From NCBI GenBank assembly GCA_963805945.1, contig CAWDVP010000002.1, forward strand, positions 512,001-576,000: a stretch of DNA of 64,000 bases, written 5' to 3'. Numbering within the stretch: the stretch's first letter is position 1; every line of letters begins with the position of its first letter. Position numbers and translations under genes: made by a program. Below the pieces are notes generated by a model. It did not search any database. It was not told the origin of the DNA and saw only the letters and a program-made list of their open reading frames with translations. This document shows positions 54,215 through 64,000 of this stretch, in pieces. The DNA is from Vulcanimicrobiota bacterium (GTDB lineage Bacteria > Vulcanimicrobiota > Vulcanimicrobiia > Eremiobacterales > Eremiobacteraceae).

Positions 54215-55576
54215 ATGGAAGCGCTGCTCGCCGGTGTGATCGAGCTATACGTCGGCGAGCCGATGGCCAAGCTGACCGTGCGGCACGTCGCGCGCGAGCT
54301 CAAGACCTCGCAGGCCGCCGCCGCCGAAGCGCTCGACACGCTCGCGCGCCTCGGCTTGCTGAGCGTGCAGCTCAGCGCCGACGGCAAGAACGCCTACCAG
54401 CTGCGGCCGGCCGACAGCTTCCTCGACGTGCTCGAACGGCTCACGCGCTATTGCGCGGAGCAGATCGAGTCGGTCGCGATCTCGCCCGAGCGCGCCTTGC
54501 TCACGAGCGGCGAGGTGGTGTCGGAGATCCCCGCGGTGCGCGCGCTGCGCGCGCGCGTCGCGAACCTGGAGACCTCCAACACCATGCTGCAGCGCAAGAA
54601 CCTCGAATTGGGTTTCTTGTACACCACGAGCGCGCTGCTCGCGAGCTCGATCGAGCCGATGACTCTGGCGCAGACCGTGCTCGACGCGGTCGGCTCTGCC
54701 GCGCGCCTCAAGGCGCACGAGTACTTCGTCGCGCTGGTGGATCAAGGGCTGCTGACCTTCCAAGGCGGCGTCAACATCGACAAACGCGCGGCGGAGGCGT
54801 TCCTCACCGGCCACGCGTCGCTCATCGACGCCTGCATCGAAAAAGGCACGCTGCTGTCGATGCCGCGCCAGTCACGCATCGACCGGGTGAAGCAGGCGCC
54901 GTTCACGGTGCTGCCGCTGGCGAGCGGTCCGGGCGCGCGCGGCCATGGCTGCATCGTCATCACGCGGATCGCCGAAGAAGGACTCGGCAGCGATGAGCTG
55001 CGCACCCTCATGCAACTCGCCGAGATGGCGGGCCGCAGCCTCGACAACGCCGCGATCTTCACGCAGAGCGTCGCCATCGGCGCGACCGACGAGCTCACCG
55101 GCGCGCACAGCCGGCGCTATCTGTTCCGTCGTCTCGGCGAGGAGATCACGCGTTCGAGGCAGAGCGGCGGCCCGCTGTCGGTGTTCATCTTCGATATCGA
55201 CCACTTCAAGATCGTCAACGACGAGTTCGGCCATCCCGAAGGCGATCGGCTGCTCAAGGTGATCGTCGCCGCCGCGATGGGCGCGGTGCGCGACATCGAC
55301 CTCGTGGCGCGCCTCGGCGGCGAAGAGTTCGCGGTCATCCTGCCCGGTACGCCGGCCAGCGAGGCGTTCGCGGTCGCCGAGCGCGTGCGCCGCGCGGTCG
55401 AACGCATCGCGCACGAGACCGAATCAGGCGCGGTGCTGCGGCCGCGCGTGTCGTGCGGCATCGCGTCGCTCGACGATACGACGCAGACACCGGCCTTGCT
55501 GCTGGCGGCTGCGGACTCGTGTCTGCTGGAGGCCAAGCGCACCGGCCGGAACCGCTCGATCATCGCCTCGCGCTAA
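54215..55576 (+). CDS. Diguanylate cyclase with N-terminal wHTH-like and GAF regions
   Basis: DELTG, DIDHFK.VND.FGH, RDID I-site and GGEEF. Confidence 0.85.
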   Translation: MEALLAGVIELYVGEPMAKLTVRHVARELKTSQAAAAEALDTLARLGLLSVQLSADGKNAYQLRPADSFLDVLERLTRYCAEQIESVAISPERALLTSGEVVSEIPAVRALRARVANLETSNTMLQRKNLELGFLYTTSALLASSIEPMTLAQTVLDAVGSAARLKAHEYFVALVDQGLLTFQGGVNIDKRAAEAFLTGHASLIDACIEKGTLLSMPRQSRIDRVKQAPFTVLPLASGPGARGHGCIVITRIAEEGLGSDELRTLMQLAEMAGRSLDNAAIFTQSVAIGATDELTGAHSRRYLFRRLGEEITRSRQSGGPLSVFIFDIDHFKIVNDEFGHPEGDRLLKVIVAAAMGAVRDIDLVARLGGEEFAVILPGTPASEAFAVAERVRRAVERIAHETESGAVLRPRVSCGIASLDDTTQTPALLLAAADSCLLEAKRTGRNRSIIASR

Positions 55577-55577
55577 A

Positions 55578-56057
55578 ATGGCGGCGACCGTGCGGCACGC
55601 CACGCGCGCCGACCGCGAGTTCGTCGATCGCTTGGGGCGCGACAGCGCGCCGTCGAGCCTTTCTCCGCTTCGTCCGGCATCCGCGCAGGCAGCCGCCGAA
55701 GCCTTCCATCGCGCGGTCACCATGTGCGCCGATCGCCCCGATGCGCTCACTCTCATCGCGGAGCTCGACGGCGAAGCGGCCGGTTTCCTCATGCTGCTCT
55801 TCGACCTGCCCGATGACGTGACGCTGCAGCGCCAGGCCTTCGTCGTGTACATGGCGGTGCGTCCGGCGAACCGCAAGCGCGGCCTCGGTCGCGCGCTCCT
55901 GGCGGCTGCGGTCGAAGAGGCGAGGAAGCGCGGCGTGGCGCACATTAGTCTGATGGTCACGGAAGCCAATGCGCCCGCCCGCGCGCTATACGCGCAGGCA
56001 GGGTTCGTGGACGAGCGCGTGCAGATGACGAAGAAGATCCCGGACACGCCGCGATGA
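55578..56057 (+). CDS. GNAT N-acetyltransferase
   Basis: V.P..RKRGLG and N..A.ALY...GF. Confidence 0.85.
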   Translation: MAATVRHATRADREFVDRLGRDSAPSSLSPLRPASAQAAAEAFHRAVTMCADRPDALTLIAELDGEAAGFLMLLFDLPDDVTLQRQAFVVYMAVRPANRKRGLGRALLAAAVEEARKRGVAHISLMVTEANAPARALYAQAGFVDERVQMTKKIPDTPR

Positions 56058-57154
56058 TGAACGCACCCGCGAGCAGCGCCATAAACTGGCGCTTCGCCGT
56101 GCGCGTCGTGCTCATCGCCGCCGCGATCGTCGGCACGCTCTATCTCATGACGCTCATCCCCAAGACGATGGCGGTGTTCATCATCGCGATCCTCCTCGCA
56201 TACGGCTTGGCGCCGATCGTGCGGATGCTCGGCAAGCGCATGCCGCGCGCCGTCGCCATCGCGGTCGTGTACGTGGGGCTCATCCTCGTCGCCGCGGTGC
56301 TCATCCTCGTCATCATGCCGGCGGTGCTCGAGCAGACGCAGCGCATCCTCGACAATTCGCCGGCGTACGTCGATGCCTTTAAGACCTTCGCCGATAATGC
56401 TCAGCTGTGGCTGAAGGCGCACTTCGGCAAGCTCATCGCGGCCAACCAGGTCGCGCAGATGGAGAACGCGAGTGTGACGCGGATCTCCGGCGCCGCCACC
56501 GCGATGATCGGCGCGGCGGGCAGCATCGCCGTCGAGGTCGCCAACGCGGTGTTCATCCTCGTGTTCGGCGTCATGATGTCGTACTTCTTGCTCGCGAGCG
56601 CCGACGCCATCCGCACCTCGTTCTACAGCCTGTTCCCCGATCGGCTGCAGCAGCAGGCGCGCTTTTTCGCCGCGGAGACCGGCCGCGTCGTCGGCGGTTT
56701 CATCGTCGGCCAGGTCACCTTGTGTTCGATGACGTTCGTGATGACGCTCGTCGGCCTGCTCGCCATCCGCGCGCCGTTCGCGCTGCTCATCGCGGTGCTG
56801 TCCGGCGTCATGTACGCGATCCCGTACTTCGGGGTCGTCATCGCGACCGTCGTGGGGTTCTTGCTCGGCAGCCTCGTGTCGTGGCCAGTCGGCGTGGGCG
56901 TCGCGATCGTGATCATGATCGCGAGCAAGCTCGCGGATTTCCTCGTGCCCAAGGTCATGGGCGACAGCGTCGGGGTGTCGCCGCTCGCGATCCTGTTCGC
57001 GGTGCTCGCCGGCGGCGAGCTGTTCGGGCTGTGGGGTTTGATCCTCGCGATACCGGCGGCCGCGCTGTTCAAAGTGGTGTGGACGCTGTGGCTCCATCCG
57101 TGGCTGACAGGCAGGCCGATGCTCGAGCCCGCGAAGACCGACGCCGCCGCGTAA
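56054..57154 (+). CDS. AI-2E family transporter
   Basis: AY.L.P, IPYFG, PKVMG.SV and FG.WG.ILAIP. Confidence 0.9.
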   Translation: MMNAPASSAINWRFAVRVVLIAAAIVGTLYLMTLIPKTMAVFIIAILLAYGLAPIVRMLGKRMPRAVAIAVVYVGLILVAAVLILVIMPAVLEQTQRILDNSPAYVDAFKTFADNAQLWLKAHFGKLIAANQVAQMENASVTRISGAATAMIGAAGSIAVEVANAVFILVFGVMMSYFLLASADAIRTSFYSLFPDRLQQQARFFAAETGRVVGGFIVGQVTLCSMTFVMTLVGLLAIRAPFALLIAVLSGVMYAIPYFGVVIATVVGFLLGSLVSWPVGVGVAIVIMIASKLADFLVPKVMGDSVGVSPLAILFAVLAGGELFGLWGLILAIPAAALFKVVWTLWLHPWLTGRPMLEPAKTDAAA

Positions 57155-57171
57155 ACCGGCCGGACCTCCGG

Positions 57172-58869
57172 CTACATCACGTCGGGAGCGGAAACGCCCA
57201 GCAGTCCGAGCGCTGAGGCCAACACCGTCTTGCTCGCCAGGCATAGCGACAGGCGCGCGCTCGTGAGCGCTTCGTCGTCGCTCAACACCACGCACTCGGT
57301 GTAGAAGCTGTGGAAATCGGTCGCGAGATCGCGCGCGTATTCGGCGAGGCGATGCGGTGCGCGCGCTTTGGCGGCGTCGGCCACGGTGCGTTCGAAATCC
57401 GCGAGCCGCCGCACGAGCGCGATCTCGCCGGGGTGGCCGACCAGCGCGAGATCGGCGCCTTGCCGCGCGCGCTCTAGCAGCGGTCCCCTCCCTGATTCCT
57501 GCGCGCGGCGCAGGATCGACGCGATGCGCGCGTGCCCGTACTGGACGTAGTAGACCGGATTTGCCGACGATTGCTCCACCGCCAGCGCGAGGTCGAACAC
57601 GAGCTGCGACTCCGGCGCGCGGTTGATGAAGAAGAAACGCGCGGCGTCCTTGCCGACCTCGTCGACCACCTCGCGCAAGGTGACGATCGCGCCGGCGCGC
57701 TTGCTCATCGCCACGCTCTCGTCGCCGCGCTTGAGGGCCACCTGTTGCGCGATGAGCACCTCGAGCGCGCCGGGATGGCCGAGCGCCGCGGCGATCGCCT
57801 TGATGCGCGCGATGTAGCCGTGGTGATCCGGCCCGAGGACGTCGATGAGATGGCGGTTGCCGCGTTCGAACTTGTCACGGTGGTACGCCGCGTCCGGCGC
57901 GATGTAGGTCGGCCGGCCGTCGCTGCGGCGCAGCACGCGATCCTTGTCGTCGCCGAACTCGGTGGAGCGCAGCCACACGGCGCCGTCCTGCTCGTAGGCG
58001 ACGCCGCGCGAGACCAGCCAGCTCACGACCTCATCGACCTTGCCGCCGTCGTGGAGGGTCGACTCGAAGAACCAGCGGTCGAAGACGACGCCGAAGCGCT
58101 CGAGATCCTCGCGCTGCTGCGCGACGATGGTGTCGCGGCCGAACGTCGCGAGCGCTTTTCGGCGCTCGTCAGGGTCGGCGCGCAGCCACCGGTCGCCGTC
58201 GCGTTTCTTGAGCAGTTCGGCGACGTCGATGAGATCGTCGCCCCGATAGCCGTCTTTCGGGATCTCCGCCTGCTCGCCGAACAACTCGGCGTAGCGCGCG
58301 AAGATCGAATCGGCGAGCAGGTCCATCTGGGCGCCGGCGTCGTTGACATACGTCTCGGTGTTGACCGTCGCGCCGGCGAACCGCAGCATCGCCGCGAGCG
58401 TCGCGCCGAGCGAGCTCGAGCGGCCCTGGACGACGTTGAGCGGGCCGGTCGGATTGGCCGACACGAACTCGAGCAAGACCGGTCCGTACGACGCGAGCGC
58501 GTCCGAGCGGCCGAACGCATCGCCTGTTTCGAGCGCCTCGCGCACGACGTCGGCCCAGAACGCCGGGGCCATGCGCAGATTGATGAAACCAGGCGGCTTG
58601 ACTTCGAGCGACGCGACGCCGGTCATCCGTGCGACGCCGTCAGCGGCGACGGCGCGCGCGACGTCGAGCGGGTTGCGGTTCCACAGCTTGCCTGCTGCGA
58701 GCGCGGCTGCCGTCGCGAAATCGCCATGCGCAGGGTCGCGAGTCGGCCCGAGGGCGACGGGCGGCGCGGTCTTCGGGTCGGCGCCGAACTCCCCGGCCGC
58801 CGACACGAAGCGTGCCTGCAGCTCGGTCTCGAACGCGGCAAGCGACTGCGCATAACGCGTCGTCTTCAT
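57172..58869 (-). CDS. argS: Arginine-tRNA ligase
   Basis: HGDF, PGFIN, EFVSANPTGP, MSKRAG and YVQYGHARI. Confidence 0.95.
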   Translation of the reverse strand: MKTTRYAQSLAAFETELQARFVSAAGEFGADPKTAPPVALGPTRDPAHGDFATAAALAAGKLWNRNPLDVARAVAADGVARMTGVASLEVKPPGFINLRMAPAFWADVVREALETGDAFGRSDALASYGPVLLEFVSANPTGPLNVVQGRSSSLGATLAAMLRFAGATVNTETYVNDAGAQMDLLADSIFARYAELFGEQAEIPKDGYRGDDLIDVAELLKKRDGDRWLRADPDERRKALATFGRDTIVAQQREDLERFGVVFDRWFFESTLHDGGKVDEVVSWLVSRGVAYEQDGAVWLRSTEFGDDKDRVLRRSDGRPTYIAPDAAYHRDKFERGNRHLIDVLGPDHHGYIARIKAIAAALGHPGALEVLIAQQVALKRGDESVAMSKRAGAIVTLREVVDEVGKDAARFFFINRAPESQLVFDLALAVEQSSANPVYYVQYGHARIASILRRAQESGRGPLLERARQGADLALVGHPGEIALVRRLADFERTVADAAKARAPHRLAEYARDLATDFHSFYTECVVLSDDEALTSARLSLCLASKTVLASALGLLGVSAPDVM

Positions 58870-58922
58870 GACGGGTGCTTAGGAAGATGCGCGGAGCCGA
58901 CCTTCGCCCGCTCGCGGCCGAT

Positions 58923-58948
58923 GTAGGGGCCGACCTTCAGGTCGGCCC
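58923..58948 (+). repeat. REP-like palindrome family A
   Basis: GTAGGGGCCGACCTTCAGGTCGGCCC. Confidence 0.75.
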
Positions 58949-59388
58949 TAGCGATGATACGGCTCGCCACGCGCGATCTTCACCGCGCGATAGAGCTGCT
59001 CGAGCGCGATCAATCGGGCCATCTCGTGCAAGAAGGTGAGCGGCGACAGCGACCAGCGGAAATCGGCGCGGGCGGTGCAATCGGCGTGCAAGCCGTCGGC
59101 CCCGCCGATGAGCAGGCTCAGGCGCCGCGCGCCGGTCCGCCCGACCTGATCGAGCCGCGCGGAGAGCTCCGGCGACGAGAGCATCTGGCCTTCCCGGTCG
59201 AGCGCCCACACGATGTCGTCGCCGCCGATGCGCGCCAACATCGCCTTGCCCTCCGCCTCCATGCCGCCGGGCTTGACTTCGATGATCGACACGGGCAGAT
59301 ATGGTTCGAGACGCCGCATGTAGCGGTGGCAGCCTTCGCGCAGATACGGCTCGCGCAGCTTGTCGACCGCGAGGATGGCAAGCTTCAT
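58948..59388 (-). CDS. rlmH: 23S rRNA m3Psi1915 methyltransferase
   Basis: IGGADG, SLS.LTF.H, EQLYRA and PYH. Confidence 0.95.
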   Translation of the reverse strand: MKLAILAVDKLREPYLREGCHRYMRRLEPYLPVSIIEVKPGGMEAEGKAMLARIGGDDIVWALDREGQMLSSPELSARLDQVGRTGARRLSLLIGGADGLHADCTARADFRWSLSPLTFLHEMARLIALEQLYRAVKIARGEPYHR

Positions 59389-60503
59389 GCGTCCGCATTC
59401 GCCGCCTGTCGGGTGCGTACCGCCGCATAGAGCCCGCCGGCCTTGCGCTCGACGCTGCCCTCGAGTTCGAGCACCATGAGACGCGCGGCGATCTCCGCAG
59501 CGCCCGCGCCGCACGCAGTGGCGAGCTCGTCGACGCTGCAGCCGCCGGCACGCAGCAGCGGCAGCAGCGCATCTTCGGCCGGTGGCGCGCCATTGTCCAA
59601 GGGCAAGCGCAGCGTGGTCTCCCAGCCCATCAACGATGCCACATCTGCTGCGGACGTCACGAGCGGCACGCCGTCGGCGATGAGCGCGTTCGTGCCGGCG
59701 CTCGTCGGCCGGCCGACATCGCCCGGAATGGCGAAGACACGTCGGCCCAGCTCGTCGGCGAGGCGGGCGGTGATGAGCGCACCGCTGCGCGAGCCGGCTT
59801 CGACCACGATCGCCGCCTGCGACAGCGCGGCCACCACGCGATTGCGCATCGGGAAATGAAATGCACGCGCCTTCTCATGCGGCGGGAACTCGGAGAGGAC
59901 CGCGCCGCCGCGCTCGACGATCTCGTCGGCGAGCAATCCGTGGTAGTCGGGATAGAGCGCACGCACGCCCGAGCCGATCACCGCGGCGGTCGGCGTGCCC
60001 GCGTCGAGCGCGCCCTTGTGCGCGGCGGCGTCGATGCCGCGGGCCAGTCCGGAGATGACCGTCGCGGAGAACGCCGAGAATTCAGCGGCCATGCCGGTCG
60101 CCACGGCGCGTCCGTACGCGCTCGCCGCGCGGCTGCCCACGATCGCGACGCAGCGGCGCGCAAGGCATGCGAGGTCACCGCGCACGTAGAGCACGAGCGG
60201 CGCGTCGCACAGGTCGTGCAGCGCCGCCGGATACGCCGCATCGTCGTGCAGCACGACGCGCGCACCCGAAGCATGCGCCGCGGCCAGCGCCGCACGTGCG
60301 GCGTCATCGTCGACGAGCGCGAGTCGCGCGAGAATGCCGTCGGAGAGGCGCTCTACGCCAGGCGGCGGCGCCGCATCACTGTGGGCGAACTCCGCGACTG
60401 CGCGGGCAGAGCCGAGCGCTCGCACGTGCGACGCGAGGGCGCGCGGGGACCACACGCCAGCCGCTGCGACCGCCAGCGCATAGCCGATGTCAAGATCGTC
60501 CAT
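59385..60503 (-). CDS. dprA: DNA-processing protein DprA
   Basis: AIVGSR, SGLARGID, FPMRNR, SGALITA and C-terminal wHTH. Confidence 0.95.
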   Translation of the reverse strand: MDDLDIGYALAVAAAGVWSPRALASHVRALGSARAVAEFAHSDAAPPPGVERLSDGILARLALVDDDAARAALAAAHASGARVVLHDDAAYPAALHDLCDAPLVLYVRGDLACLARRCVAIVGSRAASAYGRAVATGMAAEFSAFSATVISGLARGIDAAAHKGALDAGTPTAAVIGSGVRALYPDYHGLLADEIVERGGAVLSEFPPHEKARAFHFPMRNRVVAALSQAAIVVEAGSRSGALITARLADELGRRVFAIPGDVGRPTSAGTNALIADGVPLVTSAADVASLMGWETTLRLPLDNGAPPAEDALLPLLRAGGCSVDELATACGAGAAEIAARLMVLELEGSVERKAGGLYAAVRTRQAANADA

Positions 60504-60555
60504 GCGGGTGCATCACGCGCCGGCGCCTCGGCGTCCAGGGTGCGCCGCAGCGGGG

Positions 60556-62190
60556 CTACGTCGGCTGCAAGTGCTGGTGCACGAAGGCGATCGCGATGCT
60601 GCCCTCGCCGACGCCGGAAGCGACGCGTTTCACCGAACCTGCTCGGATGTCGCCGACCGCGAAGATGCCGGGCACCGCGGTCTCGACCAAGAAGGGATCG
60701 CGTTCTCCCTTCCACCGGCCCCCGCGTACGAGGTCGGTGCCGGTGAGGATATAGCCGCGCGCGTCGCGCGCGATCGCGTCGGGCAACCACGCGGTGTCGG
60801 TGTCGGCGCCGATGAACGCGAAGAGCGCCGGCGTCTCTCGACGCGACGTGACGCCGGTCTCGTCATTGCGGACGTCGATCGCCTCGAGATGATCCGAGCC
60901 GTGCACGGCGGTGACCTCGGAGCGCAGTTCCACGGCGATATTGAGCTTCGTCTTGAGCTTCTCGATGAGATAATGCGACATGCTCTTGGCCAGCGAATCG
61001 CCGCGCACGAGCAACGTCACCGACTTCGCGTAATCCGCGAAGAACACCGCGGCCTGGCCGGCCGAGTTGCCCGCGCCGACGAGATAGACGTCCTGGCCCT
61101 GGGTCGAGCTGGCTTCGCTGCGCGACGCGCCGTAGTAGATCCCGCGGCCGGTGAGGCGATCGCATGACTCCACGTCGAGCCGCCGATAGGTCACCCCGAG
61201 CGCGAGAACGATCGTGCGAGGCGTGACGATGTCACCGCCGTCAAGCGTGACGCACAGCGGATCGACGTGGATCGCCTGGACGGATCGCGTCACCACGATC
61301 TCCGCGCCGAAGCGCCGCGCCTGCTGCAGCGCGCGACTTGCGAGCTCATCGCCGGAGACGCCGATCGGAAAGCCGAGGTAGTTCTCGATACGCGACGATT
61401 GACCGGCTTGGCCGCCGGGCGCGTCGCGCTCGACGAGCAGCGTCTGTAGGCCCTCGGACGCGCCATACACCGCGGCCGCCAAGCCGGTCGGCCCGCCGCC
61501 GATGACCAACACGTCGTACTCCGTCTGCTTCGGCGCGATCGATAGGCCGGCCGCCGTGGCGATCTCTTTCAGAGACGGCGCGACGAGCATACTGCCATCC
61601 TGCAGCCGCACGATGGGGTACCGATCGGTCTGCGGAAGATCCGTGGGGCAGACGGGATCGTCGGGCGTGAACCACGCGAACGACACTTGATTGCGGTTGA
61701 GGAAGTCGCGCACGTCGTGCGATGCCGGATCCCAGCGCGGCCCGATGACCACGAGTTCGGGCGCCGGTGGCTCCGCCGCGATCTCGTGCAGCCCCTCGAT
61801 GCGATCGAACGCCGAGGAGCCGACCGCGGCGGAGATCCGGGGGTCCACGGCCGCCAGCGCGTGGAACTCGCTCGGTTCGAGGCGGATGGCGCGTGACTTC
61901 TCCGTCGCGCGAAGGCTACCGACGAACGGCACGTTCAACATCATCGGCACCTCGCCGAACATCTCGCCCGGCCCGCGCACGCCCACCACCCGTTCGATGC
62001 CGTCGACCACCTTCGTCACTTCAAGGCGGCCCTCGACCGTGAAGAACAACGCGCGAGCTTCGCCCTCATGCGCCACGTACTCGCCCGCTTGCACATGGAT
62101 ATCGGGCACGACACCCACGAGATGCTCGAGCTCACGCTCCTCGAGTTCGGAGAAGAGCGGGATTGCCCTCAGTTCATCGATGGTGAGCAT
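60556..62190 (-). CDS. cNMP-binding domain fused to a thioredoxin reductase-like flavoprotein
   Basis: FGE cNMP motif, GGGPTG, IENYLGFP, GAGNSAG and GDIR...KRVA. Confidence 0.9.
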   Translation of the reverse strand: MLTIDELRAIPLFSELEERELEHLVGVVPDIHVQAGEYVAHEGEARALFFTVEGRLEVTKVVDGIERVVGVRGPGEMFGEVPMMLNVPFVGSLRATEKSRAIRLEPSEFHALAAVDPRISAAVGSSAFDRIEGLHEIAAEPPAPELVVIGPRWDPASHDVRDFLNRNQVSFAWFTPDDPVCPTDLPQTDRYPIVRLQDGSMLVAPSLKEIATAAGLSIAPKQTEYDVLVIGGGPTGLAAAVYGASEGLQTLLVERDAPGGQAGQSSRIENYLGFPIGVSGDELASRALQQARRFGAEIVVTRSVQAIHVDPLCVTLDGGDIVTPRTIVLALGVTYRRLDVESCDRLTGRGIYYGASRSEASSTQGQDVYLVGAGNSAGQAAVFFADYAKSVTLLVRGDSLAKSMSHYLIEKLKTKLNIAVELRSEVTAVHGSDHLEAIDVRNDETGVTSRRETPALFAFIGADTDTAWLPDAIARDARGYILTGTDLVRGGRWKGERDPFLVETAVPGIFAVGDIRAGSVKRVASGVGEGSIAIAFVHQHLQPT

Positions 62191-62204
62191 TTCGCTGTCG
62201 CCTT

Positions 62205-62909
62205 CTAGAGCAGTTCGATTATTTCCGCGAGCGAGACGACGCGCGGCGCGCGGTCGAACTCCGGATGCGCCGCCTCGCGATCGAGCAGCGCCGCGCGCAT
62301 GCCAGCCGCCAGCGCGCCCTCGACATCGTGGCCGGGAGAATCGCCGACGTGCAGTGCGGCATCGGCCGGCACGCCGGCGCGGCGCAACGCCTCGGCGAAG
62401 ATCTCCGGATGCGGCTTCTCATAGCCGAGGTGCGCGGAGTCGAGGATGAAGTCGAACGAGCCGTGCAGGTCGACCCCATGCAGAACCTGCTCGAGATCGC
62501 CGGTCCAATTCGAGATGACGCCGAGCGCGATGCCCCGGCGCCGCAGGCTTTCGAGCAAAGGCCGGACCTCGTCGTAGACGCGCCAGCCAAGGCGCTCGTT
62601 GAAGCGCCGATAGACCGCTTCGGCGCGTGCCGCATCGCCCGGATCGACCGCGCAGACCGACAACAACACGACATGATACTCGGTCCAGAAACGATCCACT
62701 GCGGCCATGGAAAACGCCTGTTTTTCGGCCGCCGGCGTCTGCGGTGCGAGCATCGCGGAGGCGCGTTTGATGCCTTCGGCGAGCTTCGAGCGGTCGATCG
62801 CGACGCCCAAATCGGCGCAAGATGCCAAAAAGTTGGTCTTTTGGTCGGGTTCCATGCAAAGGAGCGTGTAGCCCGCGTCGAAAAAGACTGCCCGTGTGGT
62901 TCTTTCCAT
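62205..62909 (-). CDS. HAD-superfamily hydrolase
   Basis: FDAGYTL, SN, KP and HVGDS..DV.GA. Confidence 0.9.
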   Translation of the reverse strand: MERTTRAVFFDAGYTLLCMEPDQKTNFLASCADLGVAIDRSKLAEGIKRASAMLAPQTPAAEKQAFSMAAVDRFWTEYHVVLLSVCAVDPGDAARAEAVYRRFNERLGWRVYDEVRPLLESLRRRGIALGVISNWTGDLEQVLHGVDLHGSFDFILDSAHLGYEKPHPEIFAEALRRAGVPADAALHVGDSPGHDVEGALAAGMRAALLDREAAHPEFDRAPRVVSLAEIIELL

Positions 62910-62985
62910 GCTGGAGGGGCCTTCGAACTCTAGCAGGGCGGTCCTGTGCATCGCGCGGGATCGCCGTCTCCAAGGAGTAAGACAG

Positions 62986-63132
62986 ATGCCCGAAGCGTAT
63001 TGCGTGAAATGCAAAGCCAAGCGAGAGATCAAGAACCCGGCGCAGATCACGATGAAGAACGGCCGCCCCGCGGTGCAGGGCGAGTGCCCGATCTGCGGCA
63101 CGAAGCTGTTCAAAATCGGAGCGTCCAGCTAG
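62986..63132 (+). CDS. Small zinc-ribbon protein, DUF5679-like
   Basis: AYCVKCK...KNGRP...G.CP.CGT; AAGGAG SD. Confidence 0.85.
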   Translation: MPEAYCVKCKAKREIKNPAQITMKNGRPAVQGECPICGTKLFKIGASS

Positions 63133-63160
63133 TCACAATCCGGGCGGGCTGGACCAGACC

Positions 63161-63613
63161 GTGAACTGTCCGGCATGCCGTAGCGGCGACACTCGGGTCG
63201 TCGACAGCCGCGACGACGAGAACGCCGTCCGCCGCCGGCGCGAATGTCAATCGTGCCGGCACCGTTTCACCACCTACGAGCGCATCGAAGCCGCTCGGCT
63301 ATTCATCGTCAAAAAAGATGGTCGCCGCGAGCCGTACAACCGCGATAAAGTGCTCGCCGGTCTGCGGCGCGCGTGCGAGAAACGGCCGATCTCCGAGACG
63401 GCGATGCAAGAGGTCGCGGATTCCGTCGAACGCGAGCTCTACGCGCGCGGCGAGAGCGAAGTGCAGTCGGGCGCGGTCGGCGAGCTGGTCATGAGCGCGC
63501 TCAAGAAACTGGACAAAGTGGCGTACATCCGCTTCGCCTCAGTCTACCGGTCGTTCACCGACCTGAACTCGTTCCAGGAAGAACTCTCCCAGCTCTTGCC
63601 CAAGAGCGACTGA
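63161..63613 (+). CDS. nrdR: Transcriptional repressor NrdR
   Basis: CP.C, RRRREC..C..RFTTYE, ATP-cone and RFASVY. Confidence 0.97.
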   Translation: MNCPACRSGDTRVVDSRDDENAVRRRRECQSCRHRFTTYERIEAARLFIVKKDGRREPYNRDKVLAGLRRACEKRPISETAMQEVADSVERELYARGESEVQSGAVGELVMSALKKLDKVAYIRFASVYRSFTDLNSFQEELSQLLPKSD

Positions 63614-64000
63614 ATGGACGTCGACGTCGAGATCAGCGTGCTGCCCGAAGGCGTCGGGCTGCCGCTGCCGCAGTACATGAGCGCGGGCGCCGCGGGCTGC
63701 GACCTGCTCGCGGCGGTGCGCGACGACGTCGTGCTCGCACCGGGTGAACGCGCGCTCATCCCGGCGGGGTTCTGTCTCGCGCTGCCCGCCGGCTTCGAAG
63801 CGCAAGTGCGTCCGCGCAGCGGGCTCGCACTCAAGCACGGCGTCACCTGTCTCAACACGCCGGGCACGATCGACGCAGACTATCGCGGGCCGGTGGGAGT
63901 CATCCTCATCAATCTCGGCACCGAGCCGTTTCGCGTGCGACGCGGCGAGCGCATCGCGCAGATGATCATCGGCCCGGTGCAGCGCGCGCGTTTCGTCGAG
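63614..64000 (+). CDS. dut: dUTPase (3' partial)
   Basis: [22 protein letters not shown] and RIAQ. Confidence 0.95.
   Translation, partial: MDVDVEISVLPEGVGLPLPQYMSAGAAGCDLLAAVRDDVVLAPGERALIPAGFCLALPAGFEAQVRPRSGLALKHGVTCLNTPGTIDADYRGPVGVILINLGTEPFRVRRGERIAQMIIGPVQRARFVE

Noticed and set aside
58425..58465. ArgS HIGH motif reads NVVQ
   Set aside because: Degenerate HIGH variants occur in ArgRS and the rest of the enzyme is intact
43763..59400. Long antisense and alternative-frame ORFs (e.g. 44826-46397, 55424-57295, 57532-58926)
   Set aside because: Shadow ORFs expected from high-GC codon bias opposite clear genes

Overview
GC-rich bacterial chromosomal window. A diderm Terrabacteria-like organism such as Eremiobacterota/Vulcanimicrobiota is a guess from gene content only. 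Bases 1-16.3 kb are an accessory Rhs polymorphic-toxin locus wrapped around a Kdp potassium-uptake module. Two Rhs tip/immunity units lie on + (left) and two on - (right), pointing inward around a two-component system, kdpFABC, a porin and a soluble tandem KdpD. All four Rhs units carry the same 28-bp dyad (11-6-11, invariant spacer CGTGTA) inside the Rhs core coding sequence, and the two right-hand cassettes begin exactly at it. This is the architecture of a site-specific inversion shufflon for Rhs toxin tips. A degenerate inverted copy of the kdpD 5' end behind the first immunity gene looks like a fossil of the opposite orientation. No recombinase is in the window. The rest is mostly housekeeping: opcA-zwf-tal-tkt, a Sec-containing selD, pheST, infC-rpmI-rplT, a UGA-recoded DsrE selenoprotein, an acyl-CoA mutase, gltX-glmU, a CarF-like desaturase, a liv-type ABC transporter, argS, rlmH, dprA, nrdR and dut, plus three families of REP-like palindromes. 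Many genes, including essential ones, carry indels that are most likely long-read errors, so their coordinates are approximate.
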